A stretch of DNA of 64,000 nt from Promethearchaeia archaeon (GTDB taxonomy: Archaea; Asgardarchaeota; Lokiarchaeia; Sigyniarchaeales; SOKP01): positions 1 to 64,000 of the forward strand of contig JAHQWJ010000062.1 in the NCBI GenBank assembly GCA_029856125.1, read 5' to 3'. The first letter of the stretch is position 1. Each line of letters begins with the position of its first letter. Of this stretch, positions 49,055-59,316 are shown piece by piece. Made by a program: the position numbers and the translations under genes. The notes beneath the pieces were generated by a model. That model was not told where the DNA came from, searched no databases, and saw only the letters and a program-made list of their open reading frames with translations.

Positions 49055-50206
49055 TTAATGCTCAATTTCGAATATAATCTTAAGATATTCGTATTTGGAA
49101 TTAAGTAATTTCAGGATATTTTTCGCAAGTATTCTTAGGTTTTGTGCGTGTAATGGTTTCTCTTCTGCTTGTTCATTGTAAAAATCACGAATCATCTTTC
49201 TTGTTTCATCTACTCCGTTAGCGTCGTAAAATTTATCCCAATGAATAGAGATTTTACATAGCGATTTTATCTTCTCGTCCGTATATTTAGATTTGTCTAA
49301 AAGAAGGTTTTTATATTTTTTTATAGCTTCGCCAACTTTTTCAAGGTGGTCCGCAATAGTTAAAGAATAACGGCAAATGCTTATTAGATTCGATGTAGAT
49401 CTAGTATTTCGCGTATTAGCTGCCTGTTCAAAAGAATTCCAGGTATCTAACCATTCATCCTTGTGAATACCATCAATACCATTGTTCACCATTGCTACAT
49501 TAATAATATCGCTTAAATCTACATCGTGTCCTCTTTTAATTTTTTTATCAAAAATTTCTTTTAAACTTGAACCTTCGAGATTGCTACCTGCTCCAAAATC
49601 AAGTAGCTGATTAAGATTATTTGCTGCAAACAATGTTTCACGCCTTTTTTCTTTAGTTTCAAACTTCTCCCATTCTACAGATTTTTCCCATTCTCCAGTT
49701 TCTTTGTTTTTTAAAAAACTGCACTCTTTTAAGGAAGAATCTAATAGGTTCGTCTGAAACATCCAGAAGTCTATATCGTCAGTAAATCTCTTTCTTCTCC
49801 AATCTCTAGTCGTATATTTACCTAAATAGAGTTTTAGTGTCCCTCTTACTGACGAGAATTTACCCTTTTTTAACACTTCGCGAGCTTCTTGACAGTAATG
49901 ATGATTAGGGTCTAGGGAACATAGTTCTATTTTTTTCAAAATGTTTCTTGCTTCTTTAGCAATTATATCACAAGGGATACTACCATCAGAAGGGTATGCT
50001 CTAGACCCACCCTCTATAAAGTTTTCGAACAGCTTGAAATCGGTTTCTGGAATTGTATACCATGGATTAGAAAATTTAACTTTGCTAAAAACATAGTGAA
50101 TAAAGCCTTCCCCGTCTTTTCTAGTTTTTTCGATAATTTGTGAGACATCCCTAAGGTTATCACCTTTCTCTATTACATCTGATTTACTGTCCCAAATTCC
50201 ATTCAT
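49055..50206 (-). CDS. Hypothetical protein, possible AbiEii-like nucleotidyltransferase
   Basis: RGT..LY....R.T.DIDF and K..R...VD..DI resemble pol-beta/AbiEii motifs. Confidence 0.5.
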   Translation of the reverse strand: MNGIWDSKSDVIEKGDNLRDVSQIIEKTRKDGEGFIHYVFSKVKFSNPWYTIPETDFKLFENFIEGGSRAYPSDGSIPCDIIAKEARNILKKIELCSLDPNHHYCQEAREVLKKGKFSSVRGTLKLYLGKYTTRDWRRKRFTDDIDFWMFQTNLLDSSLKECSFLKNKETGEWEKSVEWEKFETKEKRRETLFAANNLNQLLDFGAGSNLEGSSLKEIFDKKIKRGHDVDLSDIINVAMVNNGIDGIHKDEWLDTWNSFEQAANTRNTRSTSNLISICRYSLTIADHLEKVGEAIKKYKNLLLDKSKYTDEKIKSLCKISIHWDKFYDANGVDETRKMIRDFYNEQAEEKPLHAQNLRILAKNILKLLNSKYEYLKIIFEIEH

Positions 50207-50338
50207 TTATTAATCCCGACAATTAACTAATATGACTATAGCCGTTATGCTTCTTAAATCTTATTTTTATAATTTAAATCATTAAGTATCTTAGAAATAA
50301 AAAAGTTAAAAGGATAGTATATATTAAACTTAAAGATT

Positions 50339-51016
50339 ATGTACAAATTCTTTTCAGTTTTCACATATACGCCATGGGATAATCTTAACACAGAAGTTTT
50401 ATCTGAAGTTAAACTTTTATCTCTGAAAAGTGTAATCAAAACTTTTCCTGTAGTTGAACCAGGATTTTTTGATGATTTACGTTCAAACATGTATAATTTT
50501 AACCATTATTCCTGGGTGGAATGTATTAAAAGAATCGTTGGACCTGATAACGAGGATTACGACATAAAACCATGGATTTTTATTTGGGGGATGGACCATG
50601 AAAGGAGAATGTTCCAATTTCTCATTCAAAAAGTCGATGAAGAATCAAAAGATTCGCAAGCTGTATTAGTAGCTCTAGCCCCTCCAGAATTAGCTAAGTT
50701 ATTTGAGGAATATAAAGAAGGAGCTATTTTGCGAACATTATCATTACTAAACACCCCGAAAAAATTGAAATTCTTAATAGTCTTAGCTCCAAAAGGAAAA
50801 TCCATTGCGGAAGAACAACAATTGCTACGGATAAATAAACAGGATTTAGAGAAATTGAAATTCGTTAATACTTTAAAGCATATGCCTAATATTAAAGGAC
50901 AATGGTTCCCAACATATGATGTGAAGTGTCCAATTTGTAATGGCCCACTTACACAAGTTTATGCTCCTGAAGTAGGGTTAAAGTGCAAAACATGTGGGTT
51001 TAAAAAAGTAAAATAA
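50339..51016 (+). CDS. Hypothetical protein with C-terminal zinc ribbon
   Basis: 225 aa; CPICNG...CKTCGF at the C-terminus. Confidence 0.65.
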   Translation: MYKFFSVFTYTPWDNLNTEVLSEVKLLSLKSVIKTFPVVEPGFFDDLRSNMYNFNHYSWVECIKRIVGPDNEDYDIKPWIFIWGMDHERRMFQFLIQKVDEESKDSQAVLVALAPPELAKLFEEYKEGAILRTLSLLNTPKKLKFLIVLAPKGKSIAEEQQLLRINKQDLEKLKFVNTLKHMPNIKGQWFPTYDVKCPICNGPLTQVYAPEVGLKCKTCGFKKVK

Positions 51017-51108
51017 ATTTTTCATAGAACAATTAATAATAATTTTTAATTCATACTACAATCTATAACATATCAATTAACATAAAAATAAAAAGAGAAT
51101 TATTAACT

Positions 51109-52647
51109 ATGTTTGTTGCAGCACTCGACCTTGGAACCACAGGATGTAGAACTTTTATTTTTGATCTATCTGGTTCAATAATATCAAGTGCCTACCAAGA
51201 GTGGGAGAGTTTTTACCCAGTTCCTTCTTATGTGGAGCAGGATGCTAATTTGTGGTGGGAATCACTAAAGAAAACTATCGAAATAGCTATTAAAAAAAGC
51301 GGAATCGATAAATCTGAAATTGTAAGTCTTTCTGTTACTAATCAGCGCGAAACAATTGTTCCTGTAGATCGAGAAGGAAACCCTTTACACAATGCGTTAG
51401 TATGGCAAGATCGAAGAACTACTAACCAGGTTGAGTTCATTAAGAAAAAAATAGGAGAAGATAAAATATATAATGCAACAGGGTTAACAATTGATCCCTA
51501 TTTTTCAGCGACAAAAATTTTGTGGTTCAAAGATGAAAAACCAGATATATATCAAAAAACTCATAAATTCTTACTTGTTTCTGATTACATTCTTTATAAA
51601 TTAACAGGACAATTTTATACAGACCACTCTAACGCTTCAAGGACAATGCTTTTTGACATTAACAAATTAAATTATTCAGATGAGATCGCCTCTGAACTTG
51701 AAATTGACTTGGATAAGATGCCGGAACCAGTAGAAAGTGGAATCGATATAGGCGAAATCATAACTGAGGATATATTATTTGACAAAAAAACTTTGGTAAT
51801 AACCGGAGCGGGGGATCAGCAATCGGCAGCACTGGGAGTAGGAGTTGTTTCTCCCGGAAACATTAAAGTCACGACTGGAACTGGAAGTTTTATACTAGCC
51901 TATTTAGAACGACCTAACCTTGATCCAAAAAAGCGTGTGTTATGCAGTTGCCATGCAATTCCCGGAGCATGGGTTCAAGAAGCCAGCATTTTTACTTCTG
52001 GAGCCTTTTTAAGATGGTTTAGGGACGAACTTGGGTCAGAAGAGTGTCAACAGGCTGAAGAACAAAACCAAGATCCATACATTATTTTAACTGAAGAAGC
52101 TGAAAAGTCGCCCATTGGATCTAACGCATTAATAGCCATTCCGTATTTGGTTGGTGCTGGAGCACCTCATTGGAACCCGTATGCACGAGGATTAATCTAT
52201 GGTTTATCATTAGGTCATAAAAGAAGAGATATTATACGTTCTATTATGGAGGGAGTGGCATTTGAAATAAGAAAGAATGTTGAAATCTTTAGAGAGTTAG
52301 GAATCGCTCCGAAAGAATTGAAGTTAACGGGGGGTGGCTCTCGCTCAGATTTTTGGAATCAAATCTACTCTGATGTTATAGGGATAACTTGTGTAAGAAA
52401 TGTAATTGAAGAAGCAACCTCGTTAGGAGCAGCAATTTTAGCGGCTGCAGGTGCCGGATTGTTTCCTGATGTTGTAAAAGCTGCTGAGAATATTTGTAAG
52501 GTGGATAAGAAATGGACTCCCAACGTAAATCATCAGAAGGTTTATAATAAGGTTTACAAAATGTCAAACAATTTATATTCTTATTTAAATGAAAAAAGTT
52601 TCTTTAAAACATTCGTCGAAACGCTCCAAAATAAAGAAACCAATTAA
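51109..52647 (+). CDS. FGGY carbohydrate kinase (xylulokinase/glycerol kinase-like)
   Basis: DLGTT, TNQRET, WQDRR, SNASRT, GAGDQ and GGGSRS. Confidence 0.9.
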   Translation: MFVAALDLGTTGCRTFIFDLSGSIISSAYQEWESFYPVPSYVEQDANLWWESLKKTIEIAIKKSGIDKSEIVSLSVTNQRETIVPVDREGNPLHNALVWQDRRTTNQVEFIKKKIGEDKIYNATGLTIDPYFSATKILWFKDEKPDIYQKTHKFLLVSDYILYKLTGQFYTDHSNASRTMLFDINKLNYSDEIASELEIDLDKMPEPVESGIDIGEIITEDILFDKKTLVITGAGDQQSAALGVGVVSPGNIKVTTGTGSFILAYLERPNLDPKKRVLCSCHAIPGAWVQEASIFTSGAFLRWFRDELGSEECQQAEEQNQDPYIILTEEAEKSPIGSNALIAIPYLVGAGAPHWNPYARGLIYGLSLGHKRRDIIRSIMEGVAFEIRKNVEIFRELGIAPKELKLTGGGSRSDFWNQIYSDVIGITCVRNVIEEATSLGAAILAAAGAGLFPDVVKAAENICKVDKKWTPNVNHQKVYNKVYKMSNNLYSYLNEKSFFKTFVETLQNKETN

Positions 52648-52739
52648 TGCATTCACTTCATAGGTCTTTACTTTAGATTTAAGTTAAAATACTCAATTTT
52701 ATATATTTAGAATGTTATAAATTTTTTAAATAAAATAGA

Positions 52740-53348
52740 TTGGTGGAAAAAATGGAAGAATCATATTCAAATTCTAACGAAATTTATCCTTCAAACCAAA
52801 GAGTAGTAGGAGATATGTTTTATATTTTTATCGTTATTTCTTGCTTAATTTGCATTACTGGAGGTATCTGGTCATTATTTGATTTTATCATGCCAACAGG
52901 GAAGTTAGAATCTTTCTTGGGATTAACATTAGGATACCAAATCGCAATCATTGCTGGAATTTTAGCAGTGTTGTTTTTTCTGTTAATATTTTTCTTCGGA
53001 TTATTCAAAAAAGGAAGAAGATGGGTGTTACACTTCATTTTCAAAGTGAGAGAAATTGAAGAAAAGTATAAAAATCGCGTAGATGTTAAAATTGCAGCTG
53101 GGGGCTTGTTAATAAGCATAATGGTAATTATTATAGGTATTGTGATAGCTATGATTCAAGAGATTTTGATTGCTCCTAGCCAAAGTTCGCCTTTTTCTTT
53201 GTTTTTAGCCTCGTTTTCAGCAGGTAATTGGATTTTATTCACGGGAATTTCGCTCTTTGCGATTTTAGCAGTCACCTTATTTATGATCTACTTTTGGAAA
53301 AATGGATACTATGTAATATTAAGAGTAATGGGAAAATTGGAGAAATAG
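52740..53348 (+). CDS. 4-TM membrane protein with internal duplication
   Basis: Two helical-hairpin units, each ending F/W-K-x-G...V/I-L. Confidence 0.7.
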   Translation: MVEKMEESYSNSNEIYPSNQRVVGDMFYIFIVISCLICITGGIWSLFDFIMPTGKLESFLGLTLGYQIAIIAGILAVLFFLLIFFFGLFKKGRRWVLHFIFKVREIEEKYKNRVDVKIAAGGLLISIMVIIIGIVIAMIQEILIAPSQSSPFSLFLASFSAGNWILFTGISLFAILAVTLFMIYFWKNGYYVILRVMGKLEK

Positions 53349-53458
53349 TGCCTAAATTTTATTTCATCCATTTTTTTTTATCTAATTTACTTTCTTTTTA
53401 AATCAGTAAATTCTGTCTCTTATCTATATTTATTAATATTTTTACTTATCTAAATTCA

Positions 53459-54985
53459 ATGTCTCTAAAGCTTGGTATAGTGTTTAACTTTCTTCAATTA
53501 CCTGACGTTTCAAAATATCCATTTGTAATAAATAAACGAACTGACGGAACTTTTGTTAAAAAAGGTTTATTTGTGTCTACAAAATCAATTGAAGGATATT
53601 TAATCGGCATAGTTGAGAAAATCGTGTTGTTAAACGAATATTTTTCCGATGCTTTAACAATTAAGGCTTATAATAACGAAAATAATCCAAACATTCTCAA
53701 AGGTTTATTTCCGAGTGATGATTTTGAATATGCAATAGCAATTGTTAGGAATTTAGGAATTATAGATTTCAAGGAATCTAGTGAATCTGAGATAAAAGCG
53801 ATTAAAAGAATGATGTATCCTGCAAGTCCGGGTAAGAAAGTATATTTGGTTGACGATGAAATTCTTAAGAGTTTTATAGGGCTTAACCAAAAGCAAGGGT
53901 TGAATTTGGGTAAAGTTAAGGTATCAAATATTGATGCGTATATTAATATGGATCGATTATTAAACAAACACTTTGCTATTCTCTCGATTTCAGGAGGTGG
54001 CAAAAGTTACCTTACATCAATTATTATTGAAGAGCTACTAACACGAGAAAAAACTTCTGGGACTCCTGCAATTGTAATGATTGATGTCCATGGAGAATAC
54101 AAGTACCTAAATAGTGTTACTAAAATAAAAAATAAGGTTAAGGTTATTGACACTTCGTATTTTCAAATCTCTGTCCCTAAATTGAACGCGTATGCTTTTA
54201 AAAAATATCAGGAGCAAATTTCTAATGTTCAGATAAGAGAATTATCTAAATATATTAAAAAATTAAGAAAAAGGGAAGATTTAAAGAACAAATTTACTCT
54301 TGATACCATTATAGAATTAATAGAAAAAGAAGAAGAGGGCGGCAAAAGCACCAAACAAGCTTTAATCGGATGGTTATCTGAGTTAGAACGGCTAAATCTT
54401 TTTGGACCACAAGAAAATCCTGTTATGAAAAATGTCCTCAATCAGGGTGAAATTTCTATTTTTAACCTTCAAAATGAAGTATCAATTCGTAAAAAACAAA
54501 TTATTGTTGATTATATATGTAATCAACTATTTTATTTAAGAAGAAAGAAAGAAATTCCTCCATTTCTGTTAATAATTGAAGAAGCACACCAATTCTGTCC
54601 CGAAGCGGCTCATTCTAAAGCATTATCAAAATATATTATTGAAACTATCGCTAGAGAAGGGAGGAAATTTATGGCTTGCTTATGTTTGATAAGCCAGCGA
54701 CCTAAAAAATTAAGTACGACCGCTTTATCTCAAACAAATTCAAAGTTAATTCTAAACATTAAAAATCCCTACGATTTAAAACATTTGATGGATAGCTCAG
54801 AAGCAATTACTAAAGACTACGCGGAAATGATCTCGAGTTTAGGCGTAGGTGAAATGTTATTGATGGGAAATGCTGTAAATTATCCTATTTTTGTAGATAT
54901 ACGAGAAAGAAAATTTAAATCTCCAACTGAACACACATCTTTAGCTCAAGAATGCATTAACTGGAAAAAAGTCCACTCAATTTAA
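53459..54985 (+). CDS. herA: HerA/DUF87-like ATPase
   Basis: KHFAILSISGGGKSY, IDVHGEY, IIEEAH.F.P, IAREGRKF, SQRP and SQ.N. Confidence 0.85.
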   Translation: MSLKLGIVFNFLQLPDVSKYPFVINKRTDGTFVKKGLFVSTKSIEGYLIGIVEKIVLLNEYFSDALTIKAYNNENNPNILKGLFPSDDFEYAIAIVRNLGIIDFKESSESEIKAIKRMMYPASPGKKVYLVDDEILKSFIGLNQKQGLNLGKVKVSNIDAYINMDRLLNKHFAILSISGGGKSYLTSIIIEELLTREKTSGTPAIVMIDVHGEYKYLNSVTKIKNKVKVIDTSYFQISVPKLNAYAFKKYQEQISNVQIRELSKYIKKLRKREDLKNKFTLDTIIELIEKEEEGGKSTKQALIGWLSELERLNLFGPQENPVMKNVLNQGEISIFNLQNEVSIRKKQIIVDYICNQLFYLRRKKEIPPFLLIIEEAHQFCPEAAHSKALSKYIIETIAREGRKFMACLCLISQRPKKLSTTALSQTNSKLILNIKNPYDLKHLMDSSEAITKDYAEMISSLGVGEMLLMGNAVNYPIFVDIRERKFKSPTEHTSLAQECINWKKVHSI

Positions 54986-55249
54986 CTCTTCCATTATTTC
55001 ACTTCTAATGTGTTGATTTCTTTTGTTCAGTACAATCATTTTTTTTGTTTTTGAAACCCTAAATACATTAATTATACTTCTACTTTCCAGCTTCATTAGG
55101 AGTTCTTCTAACATAAGTGTTTGAATAAATGAGAATTCCTTCTTTAATAATTCCTCTAAACGTTTATCTAAAATTTCGCCTTTATTTTTTATCAAAATAT
55201 CTATTAAAGAATTTACGATAGGTTTTTGATTCCATCTGTGACTTTCTAT
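54977..55249 (-). CDS. Small conserved-type winged-helix-like protein downstream of cdc48
   Basis: About 90 aa open frame from ATA 55249 after GGTG; LLMKLE.R.II.V pattern. Confidence 0.55.
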   Translation of the reverse strand: MESHRWNQKPIVNSLIDILIKNKGEILDKRLEELLKKEFSFIQTLMLEELLMKLESRSIINVFRVSKTKKMIVLNKRNQHIRSEIMEELN

Positions 55250-55334
55250 AATAATACACCTTTTACTAAATTTAAATTAGATTTTATTCGGTACAAAATA
55301 TATAATAATATCCTGCAAATTAATTTTTGGAATA

Positions 55335-57560
55335 TTATACAACCATCTGATCTTCTTTTGATTGTTGAATAATTCTACTTTTTAATTTTGCTCCAAAATC
55401 TTCGTACCACTTAATTATTTCTGGTGTAATACTCGGGTAAACCGACTCTGTTGCCGCTTTAAAGTGTTCCTCAGAAATTTTCCTTGCTCTCAAATTTTCT
55501 CTTAAAGCAATCATGCCAGCTTCACGACATAAAGTTTCTACATCTGCTCCAGAGAACCCATCTAGCTGCTTATTTAATCCATTTAAATCAATATTAGCTG
55601 CTAAAGGCATGCCTTTGGTAAAAATTTTTAATATTTTCTCTCTTTCATCTTCATCTGGAGCGGGAACGAGTAGTATCCTATCAATTCTTCCGGGTCTTAT
55701 TAAAGCAGGGTCTAAAATGTCGGGACGGTTTGTGGCAGCAATCACTATTATATCTTTTTTTACTTCTAATCCATCCAACTCAGTTAAAAATTGCGAGAGA
55801 ACTTTTTCTGAAACTCCTGAATCGGTAGTGTGTCTACCTCTACTTGGAGCTATCGAATCAAATTCATCAAAAAAAATAATACAGGGTGCTGCCATTTTAG
55901 CTTTTCGGAATACTTCACGAATTGCTTTTTCGCTTTCTCCAACATATTTTGATAACAATTCAGGTCCTTTAATTGATATAAAATTTGCTTTACTTTCGTT
56001 TGCTACTGCCCGAGCTAAAAGTGTCTTTCCACATCCAGGGGGGCCATAAAGTAAGATTCCTCTCGGAGGATTTATTCCCATTCGCTCGAATATTTTAGGA
56101 TGAGATAAAGGCCAGTCAACAGATTCTATCAACTTTTGCTTTAAATCTTCCAATCCACCTATCTGATCCCAGGTAACATTTGGTATCTCAACAAACACTT
56201 CTCTTATCCCAGATGGCATTACTTCTTTTAAAGCTTCCTCAAAATCAGTTTTGGTAACCTCTATTTGCTCAAGCAATTCTGGATCTATTATTTCTGAATC
56301 CAAATCAATCTGTGGGAGATATCTTCTAAGTGCTGCCATTGCTGCTTCTCGACATACAGCCATAATATCAGCCCCTACAAATCCATGAGTAATATTAGCA
56401 AATTCTTTTAAGGAAATTTTTTTGTCGAGAGGCATACTTCTCGTGTGAATTAGAAAAACTTCTCTTCTCCCTTTCTCGTTTGGAACTTTTATTTCAATTT
56501 CGCGATCGAATCTACCTGGGCGCCTTAATGCAGGATCCAAACTATTGGGACGATTTGTTGCACCGATTACTATTACTCGGCCCCTACTATGCAATCCATC
56601 CATTAATGCTAGTAATTGAGCTACAACTCTTCGTTCAACTTCTCCAGTAACGGTTTCTCTTTTAGGAGCAATAGCATCAATTTCATCAATAAAAATGATT
56701 GATGGACTTTTTTCTTCAGCCTCAATGAATATTTTACGCAGTTTTTTTTCTGACTCACCATAAAACTTGCTCATTATTTCTGGTCCATTAATTGAAATAA
56801 AATAGGCTTCGCTTTCGTTTGCTACGGCTTTAGCCAATAGTGTTTTACCACACCCTGGAGGACCTCTTAATAAAACTCCTTTTGGAGGGTCAATACCCAA
56901 ATGCTTAAATATTGAAGGGTGCCTTAATGGGAGTTCAACCATCTCTCTAACTCTTTGTATTTCACGATCTAAACCTCCAACCTCTTCATATGTAACATAG
57001 TCTGCCCCCCGCTCTTCATCTTCAGTAATGTTTTCACTTATATGAAGAACTGTCTCTGGTTTAATAGTACAAATTCCACTAGGTCTCATGCTTATGACCT
57101 TAAAAGTAATTTCTCGGCTGATGCCAATTGATATAAATATAAAATCATCAATAGCAACGGGATAGTTACTTAATTTTCGTTTAACGAAGGTTTCAAACCT
57201 TGGGTTCGATTTTATTTTAACACTAATTGGTGCTAGAACGATATTTTGAGCGGAATGAGTTATTACTTTTCTGATTTGAATCGTATCGTCTATGCTCGTT
57301 CCGATATTCTTTTTCAATCTAGAGTCAATGCGGATGATCCCTAAACCACTATCTTGAGGATAACTGGGCCAAGCTATTCCAGCACTCTCCTTCTTTCCAA
57401 CTAGGGCGATTACATCTCCAGTTTTTATATCTAACTTTTCCATGGTTTCCTGATCAATTCTAGCGATATTTCGACCAATATCCCTTTTTTTTGCTTCCTG
57501 TACTCTTAAAGATACTTTAAGATTATCCTTGCCATTTGAGTCGTTTTCTTTTAGTGACAT
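55335..57560 (-). CDS. cdc48: CDC48/VAT AAA+ ATPase
   Basis: N-domain plus two AAA modules (GPPGCGKT twice, [23 protein letters not shown]). Confidence 0.96.
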   Translation of the reverse strand: MSLKENDSNGKDNLKVSLRVQEAKKRDIGRNIARIDQETMEKLDIKTGDVIALVGKKESAGIAWPSYPQDSGLGIIRIDSRLKKNIGTSIDDTIQIRKVITHSAQNIVLAPISVKIKSNPRFETFVKRKLSNYPVAIDDFIFISIGISREITFKVISMRPSGICTIKPETVLHISENITEDEERGADYVTYEEVGGLDREIQRVREMVELPLRHPSIFKHLGIDPPKGVLLRGPPGCGKTLLAKAVANESEAYFISINGPEIMSKFYGESEKKLRKIFIEAEEKSPSIIFIDEIDAIAPKRETVTGEVERRVVAQLLALMDGLHSRGRVIVIGATNRPNSLDPALRRPGRFDREIEIKVPNEKGRREVFLIHTRSMPLDKKISLKEFANITHGFVGADIMAVCREAAMAALRRYLPQIDLDSEIIDPELLEQIEVTKTDFEEALKEVMPSGIREVFVEIPNVTWDQIGGLEDLKQKLIESVDWPLSHPKIFERMGINPPRGILLYGPPGCGKTLLARAVANESKANFISIKGPELLSKYVGESEKAIREVFRKAKMAAPCIIFFDEFDSIAPSRGRHTTDSGVSEKVLSQFLTELDGLEVKKDIIVIAATNRPDILDPALIRPGRIDRILLVPAPDEDEREKILKIFTKGMPLAANIDLNGLNKQLDGFSGADVETLCREAGMIALRENLRARKISEEHFKAATESVYPSITPEIIKWYEDFGAKLKSRIIQQSKEDQMVV

Positions 57561-57647
57561 ATTAAGTCCTTTAATATTATTTTGAATATATACTAAAAAT
57601 ATAAAAGAATAATTTTGTAAAAATTTTTGCTTTTTTTAAGGTAATTT

Positions 57648-58703
57648 TTAATCTTTTTTGAAAAAACTATCTAATGAAACTTGAGTTTTGGAAGAAGTTT
57701 GTTTTTTTAAGCGTTCAATCGCGTTTTCTACCCTTTGCTTTGAGAAATTATGTTGCTCAATCAGAAGTTCTTCGACTTTTTCGTATTTACTTTTTTCCCA
57801 GATTATCTTTGGATAGTCTTTTTTTATATCTGGGTATAAAAATATCTCTTTTATTTGTTCAATAGTACTTTTTTCAATCTGAATTTCTATATTTCCAACT
57901 TTGATATTATTATTTATGATATTATCTAATGAACCGAATTTTCTAATAAGTTCGAGAGCTTTATGCTGTCCAATGCCTTTAATACCTGGATAGAAATCAG
58001 TTCCTATTAATATCCCCATTTCTATTAACTGTTCACGAGTTATGTTTAAATTTTCAAGAAATTTTGATAGGGAGATGTACTCAATATCAAGTGTAACGGT
58101 TGTGTTTCTAAGTTTTTTACTCCGGCTCACAGCAAAATTTCGTATTAGCCTTTCTCCACCAAAAAGTAATGTGTCGTAGTCTTGAGAAGCACATGCCCAA
58201 GCATCACCTTTTTCGACTAAAAAAGCAGATTGAGCTTCACCTTCAGAAGTAGCATCAACGATGGGTATTCCAAGATATTTTAATAATTTTTTACTCTCCT
58301 CTATCATGTTAGTATCCAATTTAGAAGTCATCTGGGCATATTTTTTAGCTTCTCCAAAATCTCCATCCTCTTGTGCTTTGATCATTTTGTTTTCTGCTGC
58401 TACTTTGATTTTTCTTCTTTCTAATATAGTCTCCTTCTTTAATTCAGAAGGAATTCCATCAAACACATAAATAGGCTTTATACCATGCTCTAAAAAATTA
58501 ATAGTTCTATAGAATAATCCAGATAGATGGGAAGTTATATTTCCATTGTAATCTTTTAATGGGGTTCCATCTCTTTGTCTAATAATTGCTAAAAACTGGT
58601 ATATCGTGTTAAAGGCATCGATAGCGATTTGTTTATTTAATAAATTATCAAAAGTTATAGTTCTCCTTACTTCTTTTACTAGTTCGTTTATTTTAGTGCC
58701 CAT
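57648..58703 (-). CDS. fen: Flap endonuclease 1
   Basis: IDAFN..YQFL..IRQ.DG, EGEAQ, SQDYD.LLFG, GTDF..G and PIP box QVSLDSFF. Confidence 0.96.
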   Translation of the reverse strand: MGTKINELVKEVRRTITFDNLLNKQIAIDAFNTIYQFLAIIRQRDGTPLKDYNGNITSHLSGLFYRTINFLEHGIKPIYVFDGIPSELKKETILERRKIKVAAENKMIKAQEDGDFGEAKKYAQMTSKLDTNMIEESKKLLKYLGIPIVDATSEGEAQSAFLVEKGDAWACASQDYDTLLFGGERLIRNFAVSRSKKLRNTTVTLDIEYISLSKFLENLNITREQLIEMGILIGTDFYPGIKGIGQHKALELIRKFGSLDNIINNNIKVGNIEIQIEKSTIEQIKEIFLYPDIKKDYPKIIWEKSKYEKVEELLIEQHNFSKQRVENAIERLKKQTSSKTQVSLDSFFKKD

Positions 58704-58761
58704 GGTTTATCTTTAATTTTATATCCAATAATTATCTAAGTTTTATTGTATATATTTTACA

Positions 58762-59316
58762 CTATAATTTTTCCTTTTTCAGTAGACGCTTCTTAAGATG
58801 CAATCCACACCTTTCACATTTTTTGTTTAAATCTTCTGGTTTTTGCAGGGTTTTGCAATAAGGGCAATAAACTTCGAAGTACATTTTCTCCTCTATTCCT
58901 TTTTTATATAAAGGTTTGAATCTAATTTTTAACATAGTACATAAATTTTCCATGGAATAATCATTAGTGTAAAGAATAATATCTTCCGGGTATGTGTCCA
59001 TTAATTCTAATACTAAACCCATTAAACTAACATCGTTCTTAGATAAAACCTTCGTAGTACCAGTTGATTTGGATTTTTCCTCAACTATATTTGAATATTT
59101 ATCCTGACTTTTCTTAACGACTAGTTTTCCCGTCTCAATTGCAAATTCTATTCTTCGTAAAATATTTCTGTTTCGATCGATGTATTTTGGTACTTTTAAT
59201 TCATCCACAATCTCAGGTGTTGTGAAAATTTTTTCTGGAAAGTAATTAAAATCTAAACCAGTTAAAAATATATTTGTATCAAAAACTAGAATTGATTTCT
59301 TCTTCTGGGCTGTCGT
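58762..59316 (-). CDS. nob1: Nob1 PIN-domain endonuclease with zinc ribbon
   Basis: VFDTN and TTPEIVDE lie in frame upstream of or across the ORF-track start; LS.ND, TNDYSMEN, CPYC..CERCG. Start non-canonical (ACG 59316 or ATT 59292). Confidence 0.85.
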   Translation of the reverse strand, partial: TTAQKKKSILVFDTNIFLTGLDFNYFPEKIFTTPEIVDELKVPKYIDRNRNILRRIEFAIETGKLVVKKSQDKYSNIVEEKSKSTGTTKVLSKNDVSLMGLVLELMDTYPEDIILYTNDYSMENLCTMLKIRFKPLYKKGIEEKMYFEVYCPYCKTLQKPEDLNKKCERCGLHLKKRLLKKEKL

